Source: Eledone cirrhosa
Lineage: Eukaryota
Length of the DNA stretch: 64,000 nt
Direction: 5' to 3'
Assembly: GCA_964016885.1 (NCBI GenBank)
Contig: CAXHJY010000082.1
Coordinates: 124,001 to 188,000, forward strand
Below are positions 1-15,500 of the stretch, one piece after another (within the stretch, counting starts at the first letter, position 1; every line of letters begins with the position of its first letter). The notes under the pieces were generated by a model. The model was not told the DNA's origin. It made no database searches and was given only the letters and a program-made list of their open reading frames with translations. Made by a program: the position numbers and the translations under genes.

Positions 1-3000
1 TCTGGTGATGATGACTATGGTGATGATGACTCTGGTGATGATGACTATGGGGATGATGACTATGGTGATGATGACTCTGGTGATGATGACTATGGGGATG
101 ATGAGTATGGTGATGATGACTCTGGTGATGATGACTATGGTGATGATGACTCTGGTGATGATGACTATGGTGATGATGACTATGGTGATGATGACTCTGG
201 TGATGATGACTCTGGTGATGATGACTATGGTGATGATGACTATGGTTATGATGACTCTGGTGATGATGACTATGGTGATGATGACTCTGAGGATGATGAC
301 TATGGTGATGATGACTATGGTGATGATGACTATGGTGATGATGACTATGGTGATGATGACTATGGTAATGATGACTCTGACGATGATGACTATGGTGATG
401 ATGACTATGGTGATGATGACTATGGTGATGATGACTCTGGTGATGATGACTATGGTGATGATGACTATGGTGATGATGACTATGGTGATGATGACTATGG
501 TGATGATGACTCTGGTGATGATGACTATGGTGATGATGACTCTGGTGATGATGACTCTGGTGATGATGACTATGGTGATGAATGCTCTGACGATGATGAC
601 TCTGGTGATGATGACTATGGTGATGATGACTATGCTGATGATGACTATGGTGATGATGACTCTGGCGATGATGACTATGGTGATGATGACTCTGGTGATG
701 ATGACTCTGGTGATGATGACTATGGTGATGATGACTCTGGTGATGATGACTCTAGTGATGATGACTCTGGTGATGATGACTCTGACGATGATGACTATGG
801 TGATGATGACTCTGACGATGATGACTATGGTGATGATGACTCTGACGATGATGACTCTGGTGATGATGACTATGGTGATGATGACTATGGTGATGATGAC
901 TATGGTGATGATGATTCTGAAGATGATGACTATGGTGATGATGACTATGGTGATGATGACTATGGTGATGATGATTCTGACGATGATGACTATGGTGATG
1001 ATGACTATGGTGATGATGACTATGGTGATGATGACTCTAGTGATGATGACTCTGGTGATGATGACTATGGTGATGATGACTATGGTGATGATGACTATGG
1101 TGATGATGACTATGGTGATGATGACTATGGTGATGATGACTCTGACGATGATGACTATGGTGATGATGACTATGGTGATGATGACTATGGTGATGATGAC
1201 TATGGTGATGATGACTATGGTGATGATGACTCTGACGATGATGACTATGGTGATGATGACTATGGTGATGATGACTATGGTGATGATGACTCTGGTGATG
1301 ATGACTATGGTGATGATAACTATGGTGATGATGACTATGGTGATGATGACTCTGACGATGATGACTATGGTGATGATGAATATGGTGATGATGACTCTGG
1401 TGATGATGACTCTGACGATGATGACTATGGTGATGATGACTATGGTGATGATGACTCTGACGATGATGACTATGGTGATGATGACTATGGTGATGATGAC
1501 TATGGTGATGATGACTATGGTGATGATAACTATGGTGATGATGACTATGGGGATGATGACTCTGACGATGATGACTATGGTGATGATGACTATGGTGATG
1601 ATGACTATGGTGATGATGACTATTGTGATGATGACTCTGGTGATGATGACTATGGTTATGATGACTATGGTGATGATGACTCTGACGATGATGACTATGG
1701 TGATGATGACTCTGGTGATGATGACTCTGACGATGATGACTATGGTGATGATGACTCTGACGATGATGACTATGGTGATGATGACTCTGACGATGATGAC
1801 TCTGGTGATGATGACTATGGTGATGATGACTATGGTGATGATGACTATGGTGATGATGTCTATGGTGATGATGACTATGGTGATGATGACTACGGTGATG
1901 ATGACTATGGTGATGATGACTCTGGTGATGATGACTATGGTGATGATGACTATGGTGATGATGACTATGGTGATGATGTCTATGGTGATGATGACTATGG
2001 TGATGATGACTATGGTGATGATGACTCTGGTGATGATGACTATGGTGATGATGACTATGGTGATGATGACTATGGTGATGATGACTATGGTGATGATGAC
2101 TATGGTGATGATGACTCTGCTGATGATGACTATGGTGATGATGACTCTGGTGATGATGACTATGGTGATGATGACTATGGTGATGATGACTATGGTGATG
2201 ATGACTCTGGTGATGATGACTCTGGTATTGATGACTATGGTGATGATGACTCTGACGATGATGACTCTGGTGATGATGACTATGGTGATGATGACTATGC
2301 TGATGATGACTACGGTGATGATGACTCTGGCGATGATGACTATGGTGATGATGACTCTGGTGATGATGACGCTGGTGATGATGACTATGGTGATGATGAC
2401 TCTGGTGATGATGCCTCTGGTGATGATGACTCTGGTGATGATGACTCTGACGATGATGACTATGGTGATGATGACTCTGACGATGATGACTATGGTGATG
2501 ATGACTCTGACGTTGATGACTCTGGTGATGATGACTATGGTGATGATGACTATGGTGATGATGACTATGGTGATGATGTCTATGGTGATGATGACTATGG
2601 TGATGATGACTATTGTGATGATGACTATGGTGATGATGACTCTAGTGATGATGACTATGGTGATGATGACTATGGTGATGATGACTATGGTGATGATGAC
2701 TATGTTGATGATGACTATGGTGATGATGACTATGGTGATGATGACTATGGTGATGATGACTCTGGTGATAATGACTATGGTGATGATGACTATGGTGATG
2801 ATGACTCTGACGATGATGACTCTGGTGATGATGACTCTGGTGATGATGACTATGGTGATGATGACTCTGGTGATGATGACTATGGTGATGATGACTCTGG
2901 TGATGATGACACTGGTGATGATGACTATGGTGATGATGACTATGGTGATGATGACTCTGGTGATGATGACTCTGACGATGATGACTATGGTGATGATGAC

Positions 3001-6000
3001 TATGGTGATGATGACTATCGTGATGATGACTATGGTGATGATGACTATGGTGATGATGACTATGGTGATGATGACTATGGTGATGATGACTCTGGTGATG
3101 ATGACTATGGTGATGATGACTCTGGTGATGATGACTATGGTGATGATGACTATGGTGATGATGACTATGGTGATGATGACTCTGACGATGATGACTCTGG
3201 TGATGATGACTATGGTGATGATGACTCTGATGATGATGACTATGGTGATGATCACTATGGTGATGATGACTATGGTGATGATGACTCTGGTGATGATGAC
3301 TATGGTGATGATGACTCTGACGATGATGACTCTGGTGATGATGACTATGGTGATGATGACTATGGTGATGATGACTCTGGTGATGATGACTCTGGTGATG
3401 ATGACTCTGGTGATGATGACTCTGACGATGATGAGTATGGTGATGATGACTCTGACGATGATGACTATGGTGATGATGACTCTGACGATGATGACTCTGG
3501 TGATGATGACTATGGTGATGATGACTATGGTGATGATGACTATGGTGATGATGTCTATGGTGATGATGACTATGGTGATGATGACTATGGTGATGATGAC
3601 TATGGTGATGATGACTATGGTGATGATGACTATGGTGATGATGACTATGGTGATGATGACTATGGTGATGATGACTATGGTGATGATGACTATGGTGATG
3701 ATGACTCTGACGATGATGACTATGGTGATGATGACTATGGTGATGATGACTATGGTGATGATGACTATGGTGATGATGACTATGGTGATGATGACTCTGC
3801 TGATGATGACTATGGTGATGATGACTCTGGTGATGATGACTATGGTGATGATGACTATGGTGATGAAGACTATGGTGATGATGACTCTGGTGATGATGAC
3901 TCTGGTGATGATGACTATGGTGATGATGACTCTGACGATGATGACTCTGGTGATGATGACTATGGTGATGATGACTATGCTGATGATGACTACGGTGATG
4001 ATGACTCTGGCGATGATGACTATGGTGATGATGACTCTGGTGATGATGACTCTGGTGATGATGACTATGGTGATGATGACTCTGGTGATGATGCCTCTGG
4101 TGATGATGACTCTGGTGATGATGACTCTGACGATGATGACTATGGTGATGATGACTATGGTGATGATGACTATGGTGATGATGACTATTGTGATGATGAC
4201 TCTGGTGATGATGACTCTGACGATGATGACTATGGTGATGATGACTCTGACGATGATGACTATGGTGATGATGACTCTGACGATGATGACTCTGGTGATG
4301 ATGACTATGGTGATGATGACTATGGTGATGATGACTATGGTGATGATGATTCTGAAGATGATGACTATGGTGATGATGACTCTGACGATGATGACTATGG
4401 TGATGATGACTCTGACGATGATGACTATGGTGATGATGACTCTGACGATGATGACTCTGGTGATGATGACTATGGTGATGATGACTATGGTGATGATGAC
4501 TATGGTGATGATGTCTATGGTGATGATGACTATGGTGATGATGACTATGGTGATGATGACTATGGTGATGATGACTATGGTGATGATGACTATGGTGATG
4601 ATGACTATGGTGATGATGACTATGGTGATGATGACTATGGTGATGATGACTCTGACGATGATGACTCTGGTGATGATGACTATGGTGATGATGACTATGG
4701 TGATGATGACTCTGGTGATGATGACTCTGGTGATGATGACTCTGGTGATGATGACTCTGACGATGATGACTATGGTGATGATGACTCTGACGATGATGAC
4801 TATGGTGATGATGACTCTGACGATGATGACTCTGGTGATGATGACTATGGTGATGATGACTATGGTGATGATGACTATGGTGATGATGTCTATGGTGATG
4901 ATGACTATGGTGATGATGACTATGGTGATGATGACTATGGTGATGATGACTATGGTGATGATGACTATGGTGATGATGACTATGGTGATGATGACTATGG
5001 TGATGATGACTATGGTGATGATGACTATGGTGATGATGACTCTGACGATGATGACTATGGTGATGATGACTATGGTGATGATGACTATGGTGATGATGAC
5101 TATGGTGATGATGACTCTGCTGATGATGACTATGGTGATGATGACTCTGGTGATGATGACTATGGTGATGATGACTATGGTGATGAAGACTATGGTGATG
5201 ATGACTCTGGTGATGATGACTCTGGTGATGATGACTATGGTGATGATGACTCTGACGATGATGACTCTGGTGATGATGACTATGGTGATGATGACTATGC
5301 TGATGATGACTACGGTGATGATGACTCTGGCGATGATGACTATGGTGATGATGACTCTGGTGATGATGACTCTGGTGATGATGACTATGGTGATGATGAC
5401 TCTGGTGATGATGCCTCTGGTGATGATGACTCTGGTGATGATGACTCTGACGATGATGACTATGGTGATGATGACTATGGTGATGATGACTATGGTGATG
5501 ATGACTATTGTGATGATGACTCTGGTGATGATGACTCTGACGATGATGACTATGGTGATGATGACTCTGACGATGATGACTATGGTGATGATGACTCTGA
5601 CGATGATGACTCTGGTGATGATGACTATGGTGATGATGACTATGGTGATGATGACTATGGTGATGATGATTCTGAAGATGATGACTATGGTGATGATGAC
5701 TATGGTGATGATGACTATGGTGATGATGATTCTGACGATGATGACTATGGTGATGATGACTATGGTGATGATGACTATGGTGATGATGACTCTGGTGATG
5801 ATGACTATGGTGATGATGACTCTAGTGATGATGACTATGGTGATGATGACTATGGTGATGATGACTATGGTGATGATGACTATGGTGATGATGACTATGG
5901 TGATGATGACTCTGACGATGATGACTATGGTGATGATGACTATGGTGATGATGACTATGGTGATGATGACTCTGGTGATGATGACTATGGTGATGATAAC

Positions 6001-6735
6001 TATGGTGATGATGACTATGGTGATGATGACTCTGACGATGATGACTATGGTGATGATGAATATGGTGATGATGACTCTGGTGATGATGACTCTGACGATG
6101 ATGACTATGGTGATGATGACTATGGTGATGATGACTCTGACGATGATGACTATGGTGATGATGACTATGGTGATGATGACTATGGTGATGATGACTATGG
6201 TGATGATAACTATGGTGATGATGACTATGGGGATGATGACTCTGACGATGATGACTATGGTGATGATGACTATGGTGATGATGACTATGGTGATGATGAC
6301 TATTGTGATGATGACTCTGGTGATGATGACTATGGTTATGATGACTATGGTGATGATGACTCTGACGATGATGACTATGGTGATGATGACTCTGGTGATG
6401 ATGACTCTGACGATGATGACTATGGTGATGATGACTCTGACGATGATGACTATGGTGATGATGACTCTGACGATGATGACTCTGGTGATGATGACTATGG
6501 TGATGATGACTATGGTGATGATGACTATGGTGATGATGTCTATGGTGATGATGACTATGGTGATGATGACTACGGTGATGATGACTATGGTGATGATGAC
6601 TCTGGTGATGATGACTATGGTGATGATGACTATGGTGATGATGACTATGGTGATGATGTCTATGGTGATGATGACTATGGTGATGATGACTATGGTGATG
6701 ATGACTCTGGTGATGATGACTATGGTGATGATGAC
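1..6735. repeat. Higher-order block A, copy 1 (at least 6.7 kb), near-identical to 31899-38633
   Basis: Rare markers recur at constant offset 31,898: GAATGC 580/32478, GAAGAC 3865/35763 and 5185/37083, GTC 6538/38436. Unit order diverges after about 6735. Confidence 0.85.
3300..5700. repeat. Tandem duplication with 1,320-bp (88-unit) offset inside block A (boundaries approximate)
   Basis: GAAGAC 3865/5185 and TGT 4189/5509, with GCT-TAC-GGC and GCC markers at the same spacing. Confidence 0.8.
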
Positions 6736-9315
6736 TCTGGTGATGATGACTATGGTGATGATGACTATGGTGATGATGACTCTGGTGATGATGACTATGG
6801 TGATGATGACTCTGGTGATGATGACTATAGTGATGATGACTATGGTGATGATGACTCTGACGATGTTGACTATGGTGATGATGACTATGGTGATGATGAC
6901 TCTGGTGATGATGACTCTGGTGATGATGACTATAGTGATGATGACTATGGTGATGATGACTCTGACGATGATGACTATGGTGATGATGACTATGGTGATG
7001 ATGACTATGGTGATGATGACTATGGTGATGATGACTCTGGTGATGATGACTATCGTGATGATGACTCTGGTGATGATGACTATGATGATGATGACTATAG
7101 TGATGATGACTATGGTGATGATGACTCTGGTGATGATGACTATGGTGATGATGACTATGGTGATGATGACTCTGGTGATGATGACTATGGTGATGATGAC
7201 TATGGTGATGATGTCTATGGTGATGATGACTCTGGTGATGATGACTATGGTGATGATGACTATGGTGATGATGACTATGGTGATGATGACTATGGTGATG
7301 ATGACTATGGTGATGATGACTATGGTGATGATGACTCTGGTGATGATGACTCTGGTGATGATGACTATGGTGATGATGACTATGGTGATGATGACTATGG
7401 TGATGATGACTCTGGTGATGATGACTATGGGGATGATGACTATGGTGATGATGAATCTGGTGATGATGACTATGGTGATGATGACTCTGGTGATGATGAC
7501 TATGGTGATGATGACTCTGGTGATGATGACTATGGTGATGATGACTCTGGTGATGATGACTATGGGGATGATGACTATGGTGATGATGACTCTGGTGATG
7601 ATGACTATGGGGATGATGACTATGGTGATGATGACTCTGGTGATGATGACTATGGTGATGATGACTCTGGTGATGATGACTATGGTGATGATGACTATGG
7701 TGATGATGACTCTGGTGATGATGACTCTGGTGATGATGACTATGGTGATGATGACTATGGTTATGATGACTCTGGTGATGATGACTATGGTGATGATGAC
7801 TCTGAGGATGATGACTATGGTGATGATGACTATGGTGATGATGACTATGGTGATGATGACTATGGTGATGATGACTATGGTGATGATGACTCTGACGATG
7901 ATGACTATGGTGATGATGACTATGGTGATGATGACTATGGTGATGATGACTCTGGTGATGATGACTATGGTGATGATGACTATGGTGATGATGACTATGG
8001 TGATGATGACTATGGTGATGATGACTCTGGTGATGATGACTATGGTGATGATGACTCTGGTGATGATGACTCTGGTGATGATGACTATGGTGATGATGAC
8101 TCTGACGATGATGACTCTGGTGATGATGACTATGGTGATGATGACTCTGGCGATGATGACTATGGTGATGATGACTCTGGTGATGATGACTCTGGTGATG
8201 ATGACTATGGTGATGATGACTCTGGTGATGATGACTCTAGTGATGATGACTCTGGTGATGATGACTCTGACGATGATGACTATGGTGATGATGACTCTGA
8301 CGATGATGACTATGGTGATGATGACTCTGACGATGATGACTCTGGTGATGATGACTATGGTGATGATGACTATGGTGATGATGACTATGGTGATGATGAC
8401 TATGGTGATGATGATTCTGAAGATGATGACTATGGTGATGATGACTATGGTGATGATGACTATGGTGATGATGATTCTGACGATGATGACTATGGTGATG
8501 ATGACTATGGTGATGATGACTATGGTGATGATGACTCTGGTGATGATGACTATGGTGATGATGACTCTAGTGATGATGACTCTGTTGATGATGACTATGG
8601 TGATGATGACTATGGTGATGATGACTATGGTGATGATGACTATGGTGATGATGACTATGGTGATGATGACTCTGACGATGATGACTATGGTGATGATGAC
8701 TATGGTGATGATGACTATGGTGATGATGACTATGGTGATGATGACTATGGTGATGATGACTCTGACGATGATGACTATGGTGATGATGACTATGGTGATG
8801 ATGACTATGGTGATGATGACTCTGGTGATGATGACTATGGTGATGATAACTATGGTGATGATGACTATGGTGATGATGACTCTGACGATGATGACTATGG
8901 TGATGATGAATATGGTGATGATGACTCTGGTGATGATGACTCTGACGATGATGACTATGGTGATGATGACTATGGTGATGATGACTCTGACGATGATGAC
9001 TATGGTGATGATGACTATGGTGATGATGACTATGGTGATGATGACTATGGTGATGATAACTATGGTGATGATGACTATGGGGATGATGACTCTGACGATG
9101 ATGACTATGGTGATGATGACTATGGTGATGATGACTATGGTGATGATGACTATTGTGATGATGACTCTGGTGATGATGACTATGGTTATGATGACTATGG
9201 TGATGATGACTCTGACGATGATGACTATGGTGATGATGACTCTGGTGATGATGACTCTGACGATGATGACTATGGTGATGATGACTCTGACGATGATGAC
9301 TATGGTGATGATGAC

Positions 9316-9327
9316 TATGGTGATGAC
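9316..9327. other. 12-bp unit (one GAT lost, frame-preserving)
   Basis: TATGGTGATGAC at 9316-9327; repeat phase shifts by 3 afterwards. Confidence 0.95.
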
Positions 9328-12300
9328 TATGGTGATGATGACTATGGTGATGATGACTCTGGTGATGATGACTATGGTGATGATGACTATGGTGATGATG
9401 ACTATGGTGATGATGACTATGGTGATGATGACTCTGGTGATGATGACTATGGTGATGATGACTCTGGTGATGATGACTCTGGTGATGATGACTATGGTGA
9501 TGATGACTCTGACGATGATGACTCTGGTGATGATGACTATGGTGATGATGACTATGCTGATGATGACTATGGTGATGATGACTCTGGCGATGATGACTAT
9601 GGTGATGATGACTCTGGTGATGATGACTCTGGTGATGATGACTATGGTGATGATGACTCTGGTGATGATGACTCTGGTGATGATGACTCTGGTGATGATG
9701 ACTCTGACGATGATGACTATGGTGATGATGACTCTGACGATGATGACTATGGTGATGATGACTCTGACGATGATGACTCTGGTGATGATGACTATGGTGA
9801 TGATGACTATGGTGATGATGACTATGGTGATGATGTCTATGGTGATGATGACTATGGTGATGATGACTATGGTGATGATGACTATGGTGATGATGACTCT
9901 GGTGATGATGACTATGGTGATGATGACTATGGTGATGATGACTATGGTGATGATGTCTATGGTGATGATGACTATGGTGATGATGACTATGGTGATGATG
10001 ACTCTGGTGATGATGACTATGGTGATGATGACTATGGTGATGATGACTCTGACGATGATGACTATGGTGATGATGACTATGGTGATGATGACTATGGTGA
10101 TGATGACTATGGTGATGATGACTATGGTGATGATGACTATGGTGATGATGACTCTGCTGATGATGACTATGGTGATGATGACTCTGGTGATGATGACTAT
10201 GGTGATGATGACTATGGTGATGATGACTATGGTGATGATGACTCTGGTGATGATGACTCTGGTGATGATGACTATGGTGATGATGACTCTGACGATGATG
10301 ACTCTGGTGATGATGACTATGGTGATGATGACTATGCTGATGATGACTACGGTGATGATGACTCTGGCGATGATGACTATGGTGATGATGACTCTGGTGA
10401 TGATGACGCTGGTGATGATGACTATGGTGATGATGACTCTGGTGATGATGCCTCTGGTGATGATGACTCTGGTGATGATGACTCTGACGATGATGACTAT
10501 GGTGATGATGACTCTGACGATGATGACTATGGTGATGATGACTCTGACGTTGATGACTCTGGTGATGATGACTATGGTGATGATGACTATGGTGATGATG
10601 ACTATGGTGATGATGTCTATGGTGATGATGACTATGGTGATGATGACTATTGTGATGATGACTATGGTGATGATGACTCTAGTGATGATGACTATGGTGA
10701 TGATGACTATGGTGATGATGACTATGGTGATGATGACTATGTTGATGATGACTATGGTGATGATGACTATGGTGATGATGACTATGGTGATGATGACTCT
10801 GGTGATAATGACTATGGTGATGATGACTATGGTGATGATGACTCTGACGATGATGACTCTGGTGATGATGACTCTGGTGATGATGACTATGGTGATGATG
10901 ACTCTGGTGATGATGACTATGGTGATGATGACTCTGGTGATGATGACACTGGTGATGATGACTATGGTGATGATGACTATGGTGATGATGACTCTGGTGA
11001 TGATGACTCTGACGATGATGACTCTGGTGATGATGACTATGGTGATGATGACTCTGATGATGATGACTATGGTGATGATCACTATGGTGATGATGACTAT
11101 GGTGATGATGACTCTGGTGATGATGACTATGGTGATGATGACTCTGACGATGATGACTCTGGTGATGATGACTATGGTGATGATGACTATGGTGATGATG
11201 ACTCTGGTGATGATGACTCTGATGATGATGACTCTGGTGATGATGACTCTGACGATGATGACTATGGTGATGATGACTCTGACGATGATGACTATGGTGA
11301 TGATGACTCTGACGATGATGACTCTGGTGATGATGACTATGGTGATGATGACTATGGTGATGATGACTATGGTGATGATGACTATGGTGATGATGACTAT
11401 GGTGATGATGACTATGGTGATGATGACTATGGTGATGATGACTATGGTGATGATGACTATGGTGATGATGACTATGGTGATGATGACTCTGACGATGATG
11501 ACTATGGTGATGATGACTATGGTGATGATGACTATGGTGATGATGACTATGGTGATGATGACTATGGTGATGATGACTCTGCTGATGATGACTATGGTGA
11601 TGATGACTCTGGTGATGATGACTATGGTGATGATGACTATGGTGATGAAGACTATGGTGATGATGACTCTGGTGATGATGACTCTGGTGATGATGACTAT
11701 GGTGATGATGACTCTGACGATGATGACTCTGGTGATGATGACTATGGTGATGATGACTATGCTGATGATGACTACGGTGATGATGACTCTGGCGATGATG
11801 ACTATGGTGATGATGACTCTGGTGATGATGACTCTGGTGATGATGACTATGGTGATGATGACTCTGGTGATGATGCCTCTGGTGATGATGACTCTGGTGA
11901 TGATGACTCTGACGATGATGACTATGGTGATGATGACTCTGACGATGATGACTATGGTGATGATGACTCTGACGTTGATGACTCTGGTGATGATGACTAT
12001 GGTGATGATGACTATGGTGATGATGACTATGGTGATGATGTCTATGGTGATGATGACTATGGTGATGATGACTATGGTGATGATGACTATGGTGATGATG
12101 ACTCTAGTGATGATGACTATGGTGATGATGACTATGGTGATGATGACTATGGTGATGATGACTATGGTGATGATGACTATGGTGATGATGACTATGGTGA
12201 TGATGACTATGGTGATGATGACTCTGGTGATAATGACTATGGTGATGATGACTATGGTGATGATGACTCTGACGATGATGACTCTGGTGATGATGACTCT

Positions 12301-12589
12301 GGTGATGATGACTATGGTGATGATGACTCTGGTGATGATGACTATGGTGATGATGACTCTGGTGATGATGACTCTGGTGATGATGACTATGGTGATGATG
12401 ACTATGGTGATGATGACTCTGGTGATGATGACTCTGACGATGATGACTATGGTGATGATGACTATGGTGATGATGACTATGGTGATGATGACTCTGGTGA
12501 TGATGACTATGGTGATGATGACTCTGGTGATGATGACTATGGTGATGATGACTATGGTGATGATGACTATGGTGATGATGACTCTGACG

Positions 12590-15500
12590 ATGATGACTGG
12601 TGATGATGACTATGGTGATGATGACTCTGGTGATGATGACTATGGTGATGATGACTCTGATGATGATGACTCTGGTGATGATGACTATGGTGATGATGAC
12701 TATGGTGATGATGACTCTGGTGATGATGACTCTGGTGATGATGACTATGGTGATGATGACTATGGTTATGATGACTCTGGTGATGATGACTATGGTGATG
12801 ATGACTCTGAGGATGATGACTATGGTGATGATGACTATGGTGATGATGACTATGGTAATCATGACTATGGTGATGATGACTATGGTGATGATGACTCTGA
12901 CGATGATGACTATGGTGATGATGACTATGGTGATGATGACTATGGTGATGATGACTCTGGTGATGATGACTATGGTGATGATGACTATGGTGATGATGAC
13001 TATGGTGATGATGACTATGGTGATGATGACTCTGACGATGATGACTCTGGTGATGATGACTATGGTGATGATGACTATGCTGATGATGACTATGGTGATG
13101 ATGACTCTGGCGATGATGACTATGGTGATGATGACTCTGGTGATGATGACTCTGGTGATGATGACTATGGTGATGATGACTCTGGTGATGATGACTCTGG
13201 TGATGATGACTCTGGTGATGATGACTCTGACGATGATGACTATGGTGATGATGACTCTGACGATGATGACTATGGTGATGATGACTCTGACGATGATGAC
13301 TCTGGTGATGATGACTATGGTGATGATGACTATGGTGATGATGACTATGGTGATGATGACTATGGTGATGATGACTATGGTGATGATGACTATGGTGATG
13401 ATGATTCTGACGATAATGACTATGGTGATGATAACTATGGTGATGATGACTATGGTGATGATGACTCTGGTGATGATGACTCTGGTGATGATGACTCTGG
13501 TGATGATGACTCTGGTGATGATGACTATGGTGATGATGACTATGGTGATGATGACTATGGTGATGATGACTCTGGTGATGATGACTATGGTGATGATGAT
13601 TCTGAAGATGATGACTATGGTGATGATGACTATGGTGATGATGACTATGGTGATGATGATTCTGACGATGATGACTATGGTGATGATGACTATGGTGATG
13701 ATGACTATGGTGATGATGACTCTGGTGATGATGACTATGGTGATGATGACTCTAGTGATGATGACTCTGGTGATGATGACTATGGTGATGATGACTATGG
13801 TGATGATGACTATGGTGATGATGACTATGGTGATGATGACTATGGTGATGATGACTCTGACGATGATGACTATGGTGATGATGACTATGGTGATGATGAC
13901 TATGGTGATGATGACTATGGTGATGATGACTATGGTGATGATGACTCTGACGATGATGACTATGGTGATGATGACTATGGTGATGATGACTATGGTGATG
14001 ATGACTCTGGTGATGATGACTATGGTGATGATAACTATGGTGATGATGACTCTGACGATGATGACTATGGTGATGATGACTATGGTGATGATGACTATGG
14101 TCATGATGACTATGGTGATGATGACTCTGGTGATGATGACTATCGTGATGATGACTCTGGTGATGATGACTATGATGATGATGACTATGGTGATGATGAC
14201 TATGGTGATGATGACACTGGTGATGATGACTATGGTGATGATGACTATGGTGATGATGACTCTGGTGATGATGACTATGGTGATGATGACTATGGTGATG
14301 ATGTCTATGGTGATGATGACTATGGTGATGATGACTATGGTGATGATGACTCTGGTGATGATGACTATGGTGATGATGAATATGGTGATGATGACTATGG
14401 TGATGATGACTATGGTGATGATGACTATGGTGATGATGACTCTGGTGATGATGACTATGGTGATGATGAATATGGTGATGATGACTATGGTGATGATGAC
14501 TATGGTGATGATGACTCTGACGATGATGACTATGGTGATGATGACTATGGTGATGATGACTCTGGTGATGATGACTATGGTGATGATGACTATGGTGATG
14601 ATGACTCTGGTGATGATGACTATGGTGATGATGACTATGGTGATGATGACTCTGGTGATGATGACTATGGTGATGATGACTATAGTGATGATGACTATGG
14701 TGATGATGACTCTGACGATGTTGACTATGGTGATGATGACTATGGTGATGATGACTCTGGTGATGATGACTCTGGTGATGATGACTATAGTGATGATGAC
14801 TATGGTGATGATGACTCTGACGATGATGACTATGGTGATGATGACTATGGTGATGATGACTATGGTGATGATGACTATGGTGATGATGACTCTGGTGATG
14901 ATGACTATCGTGATGATGACTCTGGTGATGATGACTATGATGATGATGACTATGGTGATGATGACTATGGTGATGATGACTCTGGTGATGATGACTATGG
15001 TGATGATGACTATGGTGATGATGACTCTGGTGATGATGACTATGGTGATGATGACTATGGTGATGATGTCTATGGTGATGATGACTCTGGTGATGATGAC
15101 TATGGTGATGATGACTATGGTGATGATGACTATGGTGATGATGACTATGGTGATGATGACTATGGTGATGATGACTCTGGTGATGATGACTCTGGTGATG
15201 ATGACTATGGTGATGATGACTATGGTGATGATGACTATGGTGATGATGACTCTGGTGATGATGACTATGGGGATGATGACTATGATGATGATGACTCTGG
15301 TGATGATGACTATGGTGATGATGACTCTGGTGATGATGACTATGGTGATGATGACTCTGGTGATGATGACTATGGTGATGATGACTCTGGTGATGATGAC
15401 TATGGGGATGATGACTATGGTGATGATGACTCTGGTGATGATGACTATGGGGATGATGACTATGGTGATGATGACTCTGGTGATGATGACTATGGTGATG

